Origin: Carboxylicivirga litoralis
GTDB taxonomy: Bacteria > Bacteroidota > Bacteroidia > Bacteroidales > Marinilabiliaceae
NCBI RefSeq assembly: GCF_025499605.1
Contig: NZ_JAFMVC010000016.1
Coordinates: forward strand, 48,976 to 80,975
Length of the DNA stretch: 32,000 bases
Direction of reading: 5' to 3'
Position 1 is the stretch's first letter; each line of letters begins with the position of its first letter. Shown one piece after another: positions 17,297 through 29,400 of the stretch. Below the pieces are notes generated by a model. It saw nothing but the letters and a program-made list of their open reading frames with translations, was not told where the DNA came from and did no database searches. Both the position numbers and the translations under genes were made by a program.

Positions 17297-18559
17297 ATGA
17301 CATTATTAGCAGTAAATAGTACGATGGTTATTTTTACCAGTGTTGCGATTTTCCTTTTGGTAATCCTTGCTTTGGTATCTATTCTGTTGTACGCTAAGAA
17401 AAAACTGATGCCATCAGGTGAAGTAACCATCAATATTAACGATGGAGAGAAAGAGTTGGTTGTAGAGCCAGGTCAGACCTTACTTTCGGCATTAGGAAGC
17501 AATAAAATCTTCTTACCATCAGCATGTGGTGGAGGTGGTACATGTGCCATGTGTCGCTGTCAGGTGGATAGTGGTGCAGGTTCTATTTTACCAACCGAAA
17601 CCGGTTATTTCACCCGTAAAGAGCAGGCCAATAACTGGCGTTTAGCTTGTCAGGTAAAAGTAAAAGAAGACATGACCATGCAGATCCCTGCCGAAGTGAT
17701 GGGTATCAAAAAGTGGGAGTGTGAAGTGGTATCTAACGATGGTCAGGCTACCTTTATTAAGGAGTTTGTAGTGAAGTTGCCAGAAGGTGAAATCTTAGAC
17801 TTTAAATCGGGTGGTTACATCCAGATTGATGTGCCTAAGATTGATGTGGACTTCAAAGACATGGATATCGAAGAAGAATACCGCGGCGAATGGGAGAAAT
17901 TTGGCATGTTCGATTTGAAGATGAAAAACCCGGAGCCAACGTATCGTGCCTACTCAATGGCTAACCACCCTGCAGAAGGTAACATTGTGATGTTGAACAT
18001 CCGTATTGCTACTCCTCCATGGGATCGCGTAGCAGGAGGCTTCCAAAAGGTTAACCCAGGGGTTTGTTCTTCATTTATCTTCTCGCGCAAGCCAGGTGAT
18101 AAAGTAACCGTTTCAGGTCCTTACGGTGAGTTCTTTATTAAAGAAACAGAGCGTGAAATGATGTTTATTGGTGGCGGTGCTGGTATGGCGCCAATGCGTT
18201 CGCACATCTTCCACTTGTTCCACACCTTGAAAACAGGTCGCAAGGCTACTTTCTGGTACGGAGCACGCTCGCGTAAAGAAATCTTCTACGAAGATCACTT
18301 CCGTAAGATTGAGAAAGAGTTCCCGAACTTCAAGTTTACAATTGCTCTTTCTGAGCCATTGCCAGAAGATAATTGGGAAGGTGCTACAGGCTTTATCCAC
18401 CAGGTAATTCATGACGAGTACTTAAGCAAGCATGAAGAGCCGGAAGATATCGAATACTATTTATGTGGACCTCCGATGATGAACGATGCAGTAACCAAAA
18501 TGCTGTACGATTTAGGAGTGCCGGATGAGATGGTTGACTTTGATGATTTTGGATCATAA
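17297..18559 (+). CDS. nqrF: Na+-NQR subunit F (2Fe-2S ferredoxin + FAD/NADH-binding domains)
   Basis: N-terminal TM, then the 2Fe-2S motif 'CGGGGTCAMCRC' plus 'RLACQV'. The FAD motif 'RAYSMAN' and NADH motif 'GGGAGMAPM' are present. The C-terminus reads 'YLCGPPMM'. Confidence 0.95.
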   Translation: MTLLAVNSTMVIFTSVAIFLLVILALVSILLYAKKKLMPSGEVTININDGEKELVVEPGQTLLSALGSNKIFLPSACGGGGTCAMCRCQVDSGAGSILPTETGYFTRKEQANNWRLACQVKVKEDMTMQIPAEVMGIKKWECEVVSNDGQATFIKEFVVKLPEGEILDFKSGGYIQIDVPKIDVDFKDMDIEEEYRGEWEKFGMFDLKMKNPEPTYRAYSMANHPAEGNIVMLNIRIATPPWDRVAGGFQKVNPGVCSSFIFSRKPGDKVTVSGPYGEFFIKETEREMMFIGGGAGMAPMRSHIFHLFHTLKTGRKATFWYGARSRKEIFYEDHFRKIEKEFPNFKFTIALSEPLPEDNWEGATGFIHQVIHDEYLSKHEEPEDIEYYLCGPPMMNDAVTKMLYDLGVPDEMVDFDDFGS

Positions 18560-18569
18560 ATAATAGAAC

Positions 18570-18601
18570 AATGGCGTGGAGGAATTCACGCCATTTTTTT
18601 G
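18570..18601 (+). terminator. Rho-independent terminator of the nqr operon
   Basis: AATGGCGTG (18570-18578) and CACGCCATT (18587-18595) form a perfect 9-bp stem with an 8-nt loop, running into a T-run (to ~18601). Confidence 0.8.
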
Positions 18602-18749
18602 TTTGAAAGCAGAGACGCAGAGTTTTATTTAAGATAAACTAACTTTCTATGGATGGCATCTATATTTACACGCTATAAGTAAAGATGACATCCTTTGCGT
18701 TTTTATAACCACTATTCGTTAAATTGCGTTTTCAATTTAAAACGAGGCT

Positions 18750-20300
18750 ATGAAGGTATATTTGTCCATTTTAATCTATTTAGGGCTACTCTCAACACTC
18801 AATGGACAAACTGTGCAGCAAAACCTTCTTAAGGCAAAAAAACTGCAGGAGATTAAGCCGGATAGCAGCATTCTTATCGCTCAAAAAGTATTGACTGAAA
18901 TAACGGACAATGATATAGAGCAGAAGGCACAGGTTTTCTGGAATCTGGCACAGGCTTATTTGTACAAGCACGAGTACCATACGGCCTTATTTTATGGGTT
19001 AAAAGGAAAAGAGTTATTTGAAGCTGCTGATACCAGTCGATTACATCAGGATATACTGGCTACCATTGCATGGATATATTTCGATATTGGGAATTATCAG
19101 CACGCTGTACCTTATCATCAGAGAGCCCTGGATATAGCACAGCAAAGGGACGATATACATAATGAAGTGGTTTATACCAATGCCCTGGGTTTAGATGCTT
19201 TAAGCTCCGGTCAGTATCAAAAAGCATTAAGTTTTTTTCAGAAAGCGGTGCATACTCTTGCTATGAATCCTGATGCGGATAAGTCACTCTTGTCGACAGT
19301 GCAAAACAACATGGCCATCGTTTATATTAACTACGAAGATTGGAAGAAGGCGGAAGCCTTTCTTTTAAATGCCATCGATAACAGTTCTGGTGAGGCTGCC
19401 GGACTTTTGGAGAATTATTCACTTTTGGCAAAAGTATATCTGAGAACTCATCAATATAACCTGTGTTCAGAGTATCTGGATAAAGCCGAATTGATTAGTC
19501 ATCAGACAGCTTATAGTTTTAGTTTGGTTGAGTATTACCAGGTTCGTTACGAATATGAACGCGTTGCCGGCAGTTTGGAAATGGCCTATCACTATCAGGA
19601 TAAATACATTCAGCTGTATAAAAAGATAAATAATAAAGGTGTTCAGGACGTGATGAACCACCTTATTGAAGTGCAGAATGAAAAGATTAAACAGGATGAA
19701 CTCATTATTGCACAAGCGCAACAGATTGCCTTTAACAGGCAAGTACTGATTATTGTGGGTATTAGTTTATCAGTTATTATTATAGGTGTTTTTTACTATG
19801 TATTCAGGTCGAAAGCCGAACGTTCCTTATTACGTCAAAAACTTTTAAGCCAGGAGCTGGAAAAGAAAGAGGCTCAACAGGCAGTGTTGAGTAATAAGCT
19901 GGCTTATAAAGATGAGGCCTTAGAATCTTTAGCCCTGACCATTTCGAAACGTAACGAATTGGTGAAAAAGATGGGAGATGATGTGGGAAAAACATCGTCG
20001 CAGGAGGTGAAAAATGCCTGGCTGAAGTTTGAACAGGCCTTTAATCAATATTCTGACTCAACCAATTTATCACAAGATCTGGTGAAGGAGTTGGTGTATC
20101 GTCTTCAATCGAAGTATCCGGCATTAACAGATAAAGATGTTCAGTTGGTGCTTGATATCCGCAATAACTTAACATCAAAAGAGCTGGCTGACAAATACCA
20201 CGTCGAAGTGAAATCAATTGAGATGAGTCGCTATCGACTGCGTAAAAAACTCAACATCGAAAAAGGAACTCAACTCAAGGATTTTATAATGAAGCTCTAG
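18750..20300 (+). CDS. Membrane-anchored one-component regulator: signal peptide, extracytoplasmic TPR domain, one TM, coiled coil, C-terminal LuxR/GerE-type HTH
   Basis: Signal-like N-terminus (MKVYLSILIYLGLLSTLNGQ). TPR-like repeats run over aa ~55-290. The TM 'VLIIVGISLSVIIIGVFYYVF' is at aa 331-352 (nt 19740-19805). The C-terminal 'LTDKDVQLVLDIRNNLTSKELADKYHVEVKSIEMSRYRLRKKLNI' follows the LuxR-type pattern (LT.rE..vl.l...g.s.keIA..l.is..TV..h...i..KL.v). Confidence 0.75.
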   Translation: MKVYLSILIYLGLLSTLNGQTVQQNLLKAKKLQEIKPDSSILIAQKVLTEITDNDIEQKAQVFWNLAQAYLYKHEYHTALFYGLKGKELFEAADTSRLHQDILATIAWIYFDIGNYQHAVPYHQRALDIAQQRDDIHNEVVYTNALGLDALSSGQYQKALSFFQKAVHTLAMNPDADKSLLSTVQNNMAIVYINYEDWKKAEAFLLNAIDNSSGEAAGLLENYSLLAKVYLRTHQYNLCSEYLDKAELISHQTAYSFSLVEYYQVRYEYERVAGSLEMAYHYQDKYIQLYKKINNKGVQDVMNHLIEVQNEKIKQDELIIAQAQQIAFNRQVLIIVGISLSVIIIGVFYYVFRSKAERSLLRQKLLSQELEKKEAQQAVLSNKLAYKDEALESLALTISKRNELVKKMGDDVGKTSSQEVKNAWLKFEQAFNQYSDSTNLSQDLVKELVYRLQSKYPALTDKDVQLVLDIRNNLTSKELADKYHVEVKSIEMSRYRLRKKLNIEKGTQLKDFIMKL

Positions 20301-20615
20301 GTATTTTGATACAAGACCGATGAGAGGAGAGAAGGGAATTTATTCGAGAAAAGGATTTGCGTAACTACATTGTCATGCGTCTCGTTTTTAGATGCTTCTT
20401 TTAAACCATCTTGAATGATGTAGAGTTTTGCCTCTACAAATCTTATATTTTAGTACTCATTGCGAAAGATTTGTGTGTTGTAACTACTTGTTGTATAATA
20501 AATAATGGCTGTTTGTTATTTTGTATAGATTGGGTATAGGCTTATGGTTTTACTTTTTCACATTAACTCCGCTATTTAGCACTGTGAAAATCTATCAACA
20601 TCAATACAATCAGTA

Positions 20616-22616
20616 ATGAAAAAAATAATCACTGGCCTTTTTATGGCTATTGTTTTGCTATCGTGTCAAAGTCAACCAAAATCAACACCTAATCGCTACT
20701 CTTATCCTGATGTGCTGGATGTAAAAGGTAACATCAAAGTGCCTCAGCAATACGGCGTCTCTTCCTTTTCCGATTTGGGTACCTGGCATTCGTTTAGCCT
20801 TATAAAAGATGACAATAAAGAACAAATTGGAAGTTTTGTAGGGCCTTATCTGATGAGACAGCAGCAAAGTTTCTGGCTTGGGCCATCGCTTATTGGTTTG
20901 CAAATAAAAGATGCGAAAAATGGTAATGTCTGGGATTTGTCTCAGGCAAGGTTGGTTTCTAATACATTTTACCCGGGATTGCTAAAACAGTCGTTTGTAA
21001 TCAAAGAGCTTGAAGTAAACCTGTATTTGTTTAACATCAATGAACGAAGTACGCTGATAACAGCAGACCTACTCAATAATGGACCTGATCGAGAATTGCA
21101 ATTAGGATGGCAGGGAAGTGCTTTTTCTAATGTTTTTAAGTCGTTTGATGCAGGTAAGCAGTCGATAAAAATTGGCATTAACGATACCGAAACAGCACAA
21201 TTATTATTTAATGGCGATGAGATTTCGGTTGACGACAGTACCTATAGTGTTTACGAGTCTCCGCGTAAATTAAAAAAAGATAAGAAGCTGACCATTTCAG
21301 CTGCCTTCTCATATACTTTTAATCAGGAGGAATTGAGAAAATATACAGCATTAAATAGGGCAGCTGTTGAAAAATCGGCTGCATTATTTATTCAAAATGA
21401 GACACGCTGGAATGGTTATATAACAACATTGTTAGAAGGCTCGGATAATGCTCTATTGGATATTAAAACCTATGACAAACTTGGCGTAAAAGCATTGTTA
21501 ACCTTAATGCATAATTGGAGAAGTGCAGCTGGTGATATATTTCATCAGGGCATAGTGCCATCTTATTCAGCTCCCTATTTTCAGGGACTTTGGGCCTGGG
21601 ATTCGTGGAAACACGCTGTGGCAATAGCCCCTTACGAAGGCGACTTAGCCAAAGATCAGATACGTACCATGTACGATTACCAGAATGAAGCAGGCATGAT
21701 TGCCGATTGTTTCTTCAGGGACTTAAGTATTGAAGGTGTTAACTGGCGAAATACCAAAGCTCCATTATCTGGTTGGTGTATTTATGAAGTATATAAGGAA
21801 ACACAGGATATTGAGTTTTTGAAAGAGTTATACCCAAAATTACTGAAGTATCATGCGTGGTGGTATAGCAACCGCGATCATGATAGAAACGGCTTGTGCG
21901 AATATGGTTCAACCGATGGCACACGAATAGCAGCTGCCTGGGAGAGTGGAATGGATAATGCTGTTCGTTTTGACGATGCTGTGATCATTGAAAATGACGA
22001 AGGTGCCTATTCAATTAATCAGGAGTCGGTTGATTTAAATGCCTACCTGGCGCAAGAAAAACGATACATCCAGAAAATAGCCAGGGTATTGGGCGATGTT
22101 GAGAATGAAGAAAAATATGGACAGGAGGCTACTGAATTAACTAAAATGATTCAGGAGGTGATGTATTGCCCCGAAGATGGATACTATTACGACGTAGAGT
22201 TGAAGAGCCAGAAAAAGATACAGATTCAGGGGCCGGAAGGATGGGCACCTCTCTACAACAAGGTTGCTACAGCAGAACAGGCTGGTGAAGTAGTAAAAGT
22301 AATTATGGATAGCAAGCGTTTCAATACGCCTATGCCATTTCCCACCTTAAGTGCTGCTCATAGCAAGTTTAATCCGGAGAAAGGATATTGGCGAGGTCCT
22401 GTCTGGTTGGATCAGGCTTACTTTGGTATTGTTGGTATGCACAACTATGGGTTTGAAGCCGAAGCTCAACAGATGGCTCAAAAAATGGTGGAGAGTGCCT
22501 TAGGCCTGGCGCATACGCAGGAACCCATTCGTGAAAACTATCATCCTTTGACTAAAGAAGGTTTGAATGCCAATCACTTTAGTTGGAGTGCTGCACACAT
22601 TTTAATGTTGTTTTAA
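20616..22616 (+). CDS. GH63-like / MGH1-like (alpha/alpha)6-barrel glycoside hydrolase (YgjK/trehalase-related), lipoprotein
   Basis: Lipoprotein signal (AIVLLSCQ). The blocks 'FQGLWAWDSWKHA', 'NGLCEYGSTDG...WESGMDN', 'GPVWLDQAYF' and C-terminal 'ENYHPLT.EG.....FSWSAAHILML' are typical of the GH63/GH37-clan barrel. Substrate unknown. Confidence 0.7.
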   Translation: MKKIITGLFMAIVLLSCQSQPKSTPNRYSYPDVLDVKGNIKVPQQYGVSSFSDLGTWHSFSLIKDDNKEQIGSFVGPYLMRQQQSFWLGPSLIGLQIKDAKNGNVWDLSQARLVSNTFYPGLLKQSFVIKELEVNLYLFNINERSTLITADLLNNGPDRELQLGWQGSAFSNVFKSFDAGKQSIKIGINDTETAQLLFNGDEISVDDSTYSVYESPRKLKKDKKLTISAAFSYTFNQEELRKYTALNRAAVEKSAALFIQNETRWNGYITTLLEGSDNALLDIKTYDKLGVKALLTLMHNWRSAAGDIFHQGIVPSYSAPYFQGLWAWDSWKHAVAIAPYEGDLAKDQIRTMYDYQNEAGMIADCFFRDLSIEGVNWRNTKAPLSGWCIYEVYKETQDIEFLKELYPKLLKYHAWWYSNRDHDRNGLCEYGSTDGTRIAAAWESGMDNAVRFDDAVIIENDEGAYSINQESVDLNAYLAQEKRYIQKIARVLGDVENEEKYGQEATELTKMIQEVMYCPEDGYYYDVELKSQKKIQIQGPEGWAPLYNKVATAEQAGEVVKVIMDSKRFNTPMPFPTLSAAHSKFNPEKGYWRGPVWLDQAYFGIVGMHNYGFEAEAQQMAQKMVESALGLAHTQEPIRENYHPLTKEGLNANHFSWSAAHILMLF

Positions 22617-22646
22617 AATAAGGAATAAGACAAATACAAAATGCTA

Positions 22647-22755
22647 TTTCCCGCAGATGGCGCAGAAGTACGCAGAAAAGAATTGTTTCATTTAGGACAA
22701 AGACAATCTTTTTAATAGATACATTTCTGCATTAATCAGCGAAATCAGCGGGAAA
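22647..22755. repeat. Imperfect inverted repeat (31-nt arms, 47-nt spacer) with phased CGCAGA / TCAGCG words
   Basis: The left arm TTTCCCGCAGATGGCGCAGAAGTACGCAGAA (22647-22677) matches the reverse complement of TTCTGCATTAATCAGCGAAATCAGCGGGAAA (22725-22755) at 23 of 31 positions. The outer 8 bp (TTTCCCGC/GCGGGAAA) are perfect. CGCAGA starts at 22652, 22661 and 22671. Confidence 0.5.
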
Positions 22756-22762
22756 ACTTTAA

Positions 22763-25894
<3,132 letters not shown>

Positions 25895-25918
25895 GTTGTA
25901 ATTCTTGTACTTGGTAAG

Positions 25919-25976
25919 CAGAGGTTTGTATTCTTGTTGGACATGCATCTTAGGATACAAACCTCTGTTTTTTTTA
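25919..25976 (+). terminator. Rho-independent terminator after lacZ
   Basis: Perfect 13-bp arms CAGAGGTTTGTAT (25919-25931) and ATACAAACCTCTG (25955-25967), followed by a T8 run. Confidence 0.8.
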
Positions 25977-26016
25977 TCATAGTAAACTTTAACCTACATC
26001 TGCTGTTATACTGTTA

Positions 26017-26415
26017 GTGAAATTGGTACAACAAATACTATTCTCAGCAGTATTACTTATTATTCTGGGACATTCATCTTTTGCGCATTCGCATCAGAAC
26101 AGTATTGCTTTGTCTCAATTTAGCACTTCTGTCGATTACTCTTTCTTCGATTTATTGAAAGTGGCAATAACCAGTGATACAGGTTGCCATCATTTAGAAG
26201 ATTATAAGTTTGATAAGAAGTTAGTTAACGAAGGAAAAGCTGCGAGCTACATTAGTTACACAATCGGGAATCTGCCTCGTATTCCTAAAGTCTGTTCAAG
26301 AAGACTGACCATCAACGGGTATACTGTCAATATCCCGATTTCTTACCATCCTTTTTATACGATTTATCCACTTCGGGGCTCGCCTTGCCCATTGTACTGG
26401 CTATATATAGCCTGA
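26017..26415 (+). CDS. Hypothetical small secreted protein (GTG start) upstream of the RND locus
   Basis: 132-aa ORF with a signal-like N-terminus (MKLVQQILFSAVLLIILGHSSFAHS). His/Cys-containing patches are present (HSHQ, GCHH, two further Cys). No family recognised. Coding status is uncertain because of the GTG start and the lack of room for an obvious promoter after the lacZ terminator. Confidence 0.35.
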   Translation: MKLVQQILFSAVLLIILGHSSFAHSHQNSIALSQFSTSVDYSFFDLLKVAITSDTGCHHLEDYKFDKKLVNEGKAASYISYTIGNLPRIPKVCSRRLTINGYTVNIPISYHPFYTIYPLRGSPCPLYWLYIA

Positions 26416-26490
26416 TTATCACATTGGCTAAACAGCTAATGCCGCTTTGAGTGCAAAATAGGCCTTGTTATAAGGTATAAATCGGATACT

Positions 26491-29400
26491 ATGCTTAGTA
26501 AAATAATTGCATACAGCGTTAAAAATAAATTGATCGTTGTATTATTTACCCTCACCATTGTTGGGGCTGGTTTTTATTCAATAATGAATATTCCTATTGG
26601 TGCAGTGCCTGACATAACCAATAATCAGGTACAGGTTATCACTACATCATCCAACTTATCCACCCAGGAAATAGAGCAGTTTATTACGGCTCCAGTTGAA
26701 CTGGAGATGGCTAATCTGCCGGGAGTTGAAGAAATACGTTCTGTTTCGAAATTTGGTTTGTCGGTGGTGACAATTGTATTTAAAGATGAAATGGGCACGT
26801 TTTTGCCCCGGCAATTAATAGCTGAGAAAATAAAATCGGCTACCTCCAATATACCTCAAGGTTTTGGTGAGCCCGAAATGGGACCAATCTCTACTGGGCT
26901 GGGCGAAATCTATCAATATGTGCTGGATTTAAAACCGGGATACGAAGAGCGCTATTCTGCAATGGAGCTGCGTACTATTCAGGATTGGATTGTAGCACGG
27001 CAACTTTCCGGTATAGAAGGAGTGGTAGAAGTTAATAGCTGGGGAGGCTATTTAAAACAGTTTGAGATAGCTGTTAACCCAACACAATTAGCCAGTCTCG
27101 GTTTAACCTTGATGGATGTCTTTAATGCCCTGGAAGCAAATAATAGTATATCTGGCGCTTCGTATATCGAAAAAACTAACCAAAGCTATTTTATCCGCGG
27201 AGATGGATTGGTGAAGTCAGTAGATGATATAAAGCAGATAGTGGTGACCACTCACAAAGGTGTTCCAATTCTTATCAATCATATTGCCGAAGTGCGATTG
27301 GGGCATGCTAACCGGTATGGAGCAATAACAGCCAACGGAACAGGTGAAAAGGTTCTGGGGCAGATAATGATGCTCAAAGATGCTAATTCAAAAGAGGTTA
27401 TTAAAGCTGTTAAACAACGCGTGACAGAAGTACAATCGAGCTTGCCTGAAGGCGTTTTTATCAACCCGGTTTTAGAACGAAGTGAGCTAATAAACAAAAC
27501 AACTTTAACGGTGATTGAGAACCTGGTATTTGGTTGTATTATTGTTATTTTGATCGTCTTTTTGATACTTGGCAATCTTCGTTCAGCGTTGGTTATCGGC
27601 TCCATGATTCCGTTGTCGTTATTGTTTACTTTATCGATGATGTACATATTTGGTGTGGATGCCAACCTGATGAGTCTGGGAGCACTCGATTTTGGTATTA
27701 TTATCGATGGTGCGGTTATCATTGTTGAGTTCATTGTCATCCAGGTAACTGGTAAAAAAGCGGTTTTTGAAAATGGAGAAAGTTCAGGCAGGCAATCGTT
27801 GATGGATGAATTGACCAATAAAGGAGCTTCAAAAATGATGAATTCAGCCATCTTTGGCCAGGTTATTATTCTGATAGTTTTTATCCCAATATTGGCACTT
27901 ACTGGTGTTGAAGGGAAGATGTTCCGACCAATGGCACTGTCATTTAGTTTTGCCATAATTGGTGCAATGCTTTTGGGTCTGACATGGTTACCGGTTGCTG
28001 CTTCGCTGTTTCTTAAACCCGAAAAAACAAAGAAAAACAAGTTGACGACTTTTTTAATGTCAGCAGCTTATCGAACTTATGAGCCGGTGATAAACTGGGC
28101 TTGTGGTCATAAAAAGCTAATTCTTGGAATGGCGTTTTTGGCTTTAGTGGGCACCGGAGTCTTGTTTGGGCAAATGGGCGGTGAGTTTGTGCCCACCCTC
28201 GATGAAGGTGACTTTGTAATTCAGCCCGTATTAAAAACAGGAACTTCTTTATCAAAAACGATTGAGATGACAACCAGGATGGAGCAAATTTTAATGGAAA
28301 AGTTCCCGGAGGTTAATCAGATTGTGTGTCGCATAGGGGCTGCAGAAGTGCCAACCGATCCCATGTCGATGGAAGAGATTGATATGATAATTAAATTGCA
28401 TCCCAAGAGCAATTGGAGTTCGGCTGATACAAAAGAGGAACTGGCCGACAAGTTTAAAGAGGCATTAAGCATTATCCCCGGGGTTGAGTATGAGTTTACC
28501 CAACCTATTGAAATGCGTTTTAATGAGCTCATAACAGGTGTGAGGGCCGATATCGCGATTAAGATTTTTGGTGAGGATTTGAATTATCTGGATACAAAAG
28601 CCAATGAAATTAAGCGGTTGATAGAAGATGTGCCGGGAGCGGCAGATATTATCCTCGAAAAAACAGTTGGTCTACCACAAATGAGCGTGGTGTACAACCG
28701 TAATAAAATAGCCTATTATGGAGCCGATATTGCCACCTTAAACAGATATCTAACCATGGGATTTGGTGGCGAGTCGACTGGTGTTGTATTCGACGGTGAA
28801 AAGCGTTTCGATATGGTGGTGCGTCTTTCTCCACAAAACCGGCAGGAGCTGGCTGATATTGAAAAGCTGATGGTGCCACTTAATAACGGAAAGCTGGTAC
28901 CTCTGAAAGAGCTGGCAACGATTAGTGTCGGACAGGGACCTGCAAAAATATCAAGAGAAAATGCCAGTCGCAGGGTAGTTGTGAGTGTAAATGTGCGTAA
29001 CCGTGACCTAAAGTCGGTAGTGGCTGATATAGAAAATCTTATTGATGAATATGTATCGCTCCAGCCGGGATATTATATTCAATTTGGCGGACAGTTTGAA
29101 AACCTTAAGAATGCCACTCAAAGATTATTTATTGCGGTGCCCTTGGCTTTGGCTCTCATTTTTATTTTTCTCCATTTTGCTTTTAACTCCTTACGTGATG
29201 CCCTGTTGATTTTTACGGCAGTGCCCCTGTCAACAGTTGGAGGAGTGGTGGCGCTTTGGCTGCGCGATATGCCTTTTAGTGTTTCGGCTGGTATTGGTTT
29301 TATAGCTCTGTTTGGTATAGCAGTTTTAAATGGTATCGTTTTAATAGAGCACCTCAAAGAATTAAAACTCAACGGAAACACAAGTGATATACGAACACTG

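Noticed and set aside
27279-28040. 253-aa minus-strand ORF, plus several other 60-135-aa minus-strand ORFs (e.g. 29118-29525, 29747-30109), lying entirely inside the RND-OMF gene
   Set aside because: They are antisense to a strongly supported coding frame. Their translations are low-complexity (Ile/Ser/Pro-rich) with no motifs, which is typical of shadow ORFs opposite a long gene.
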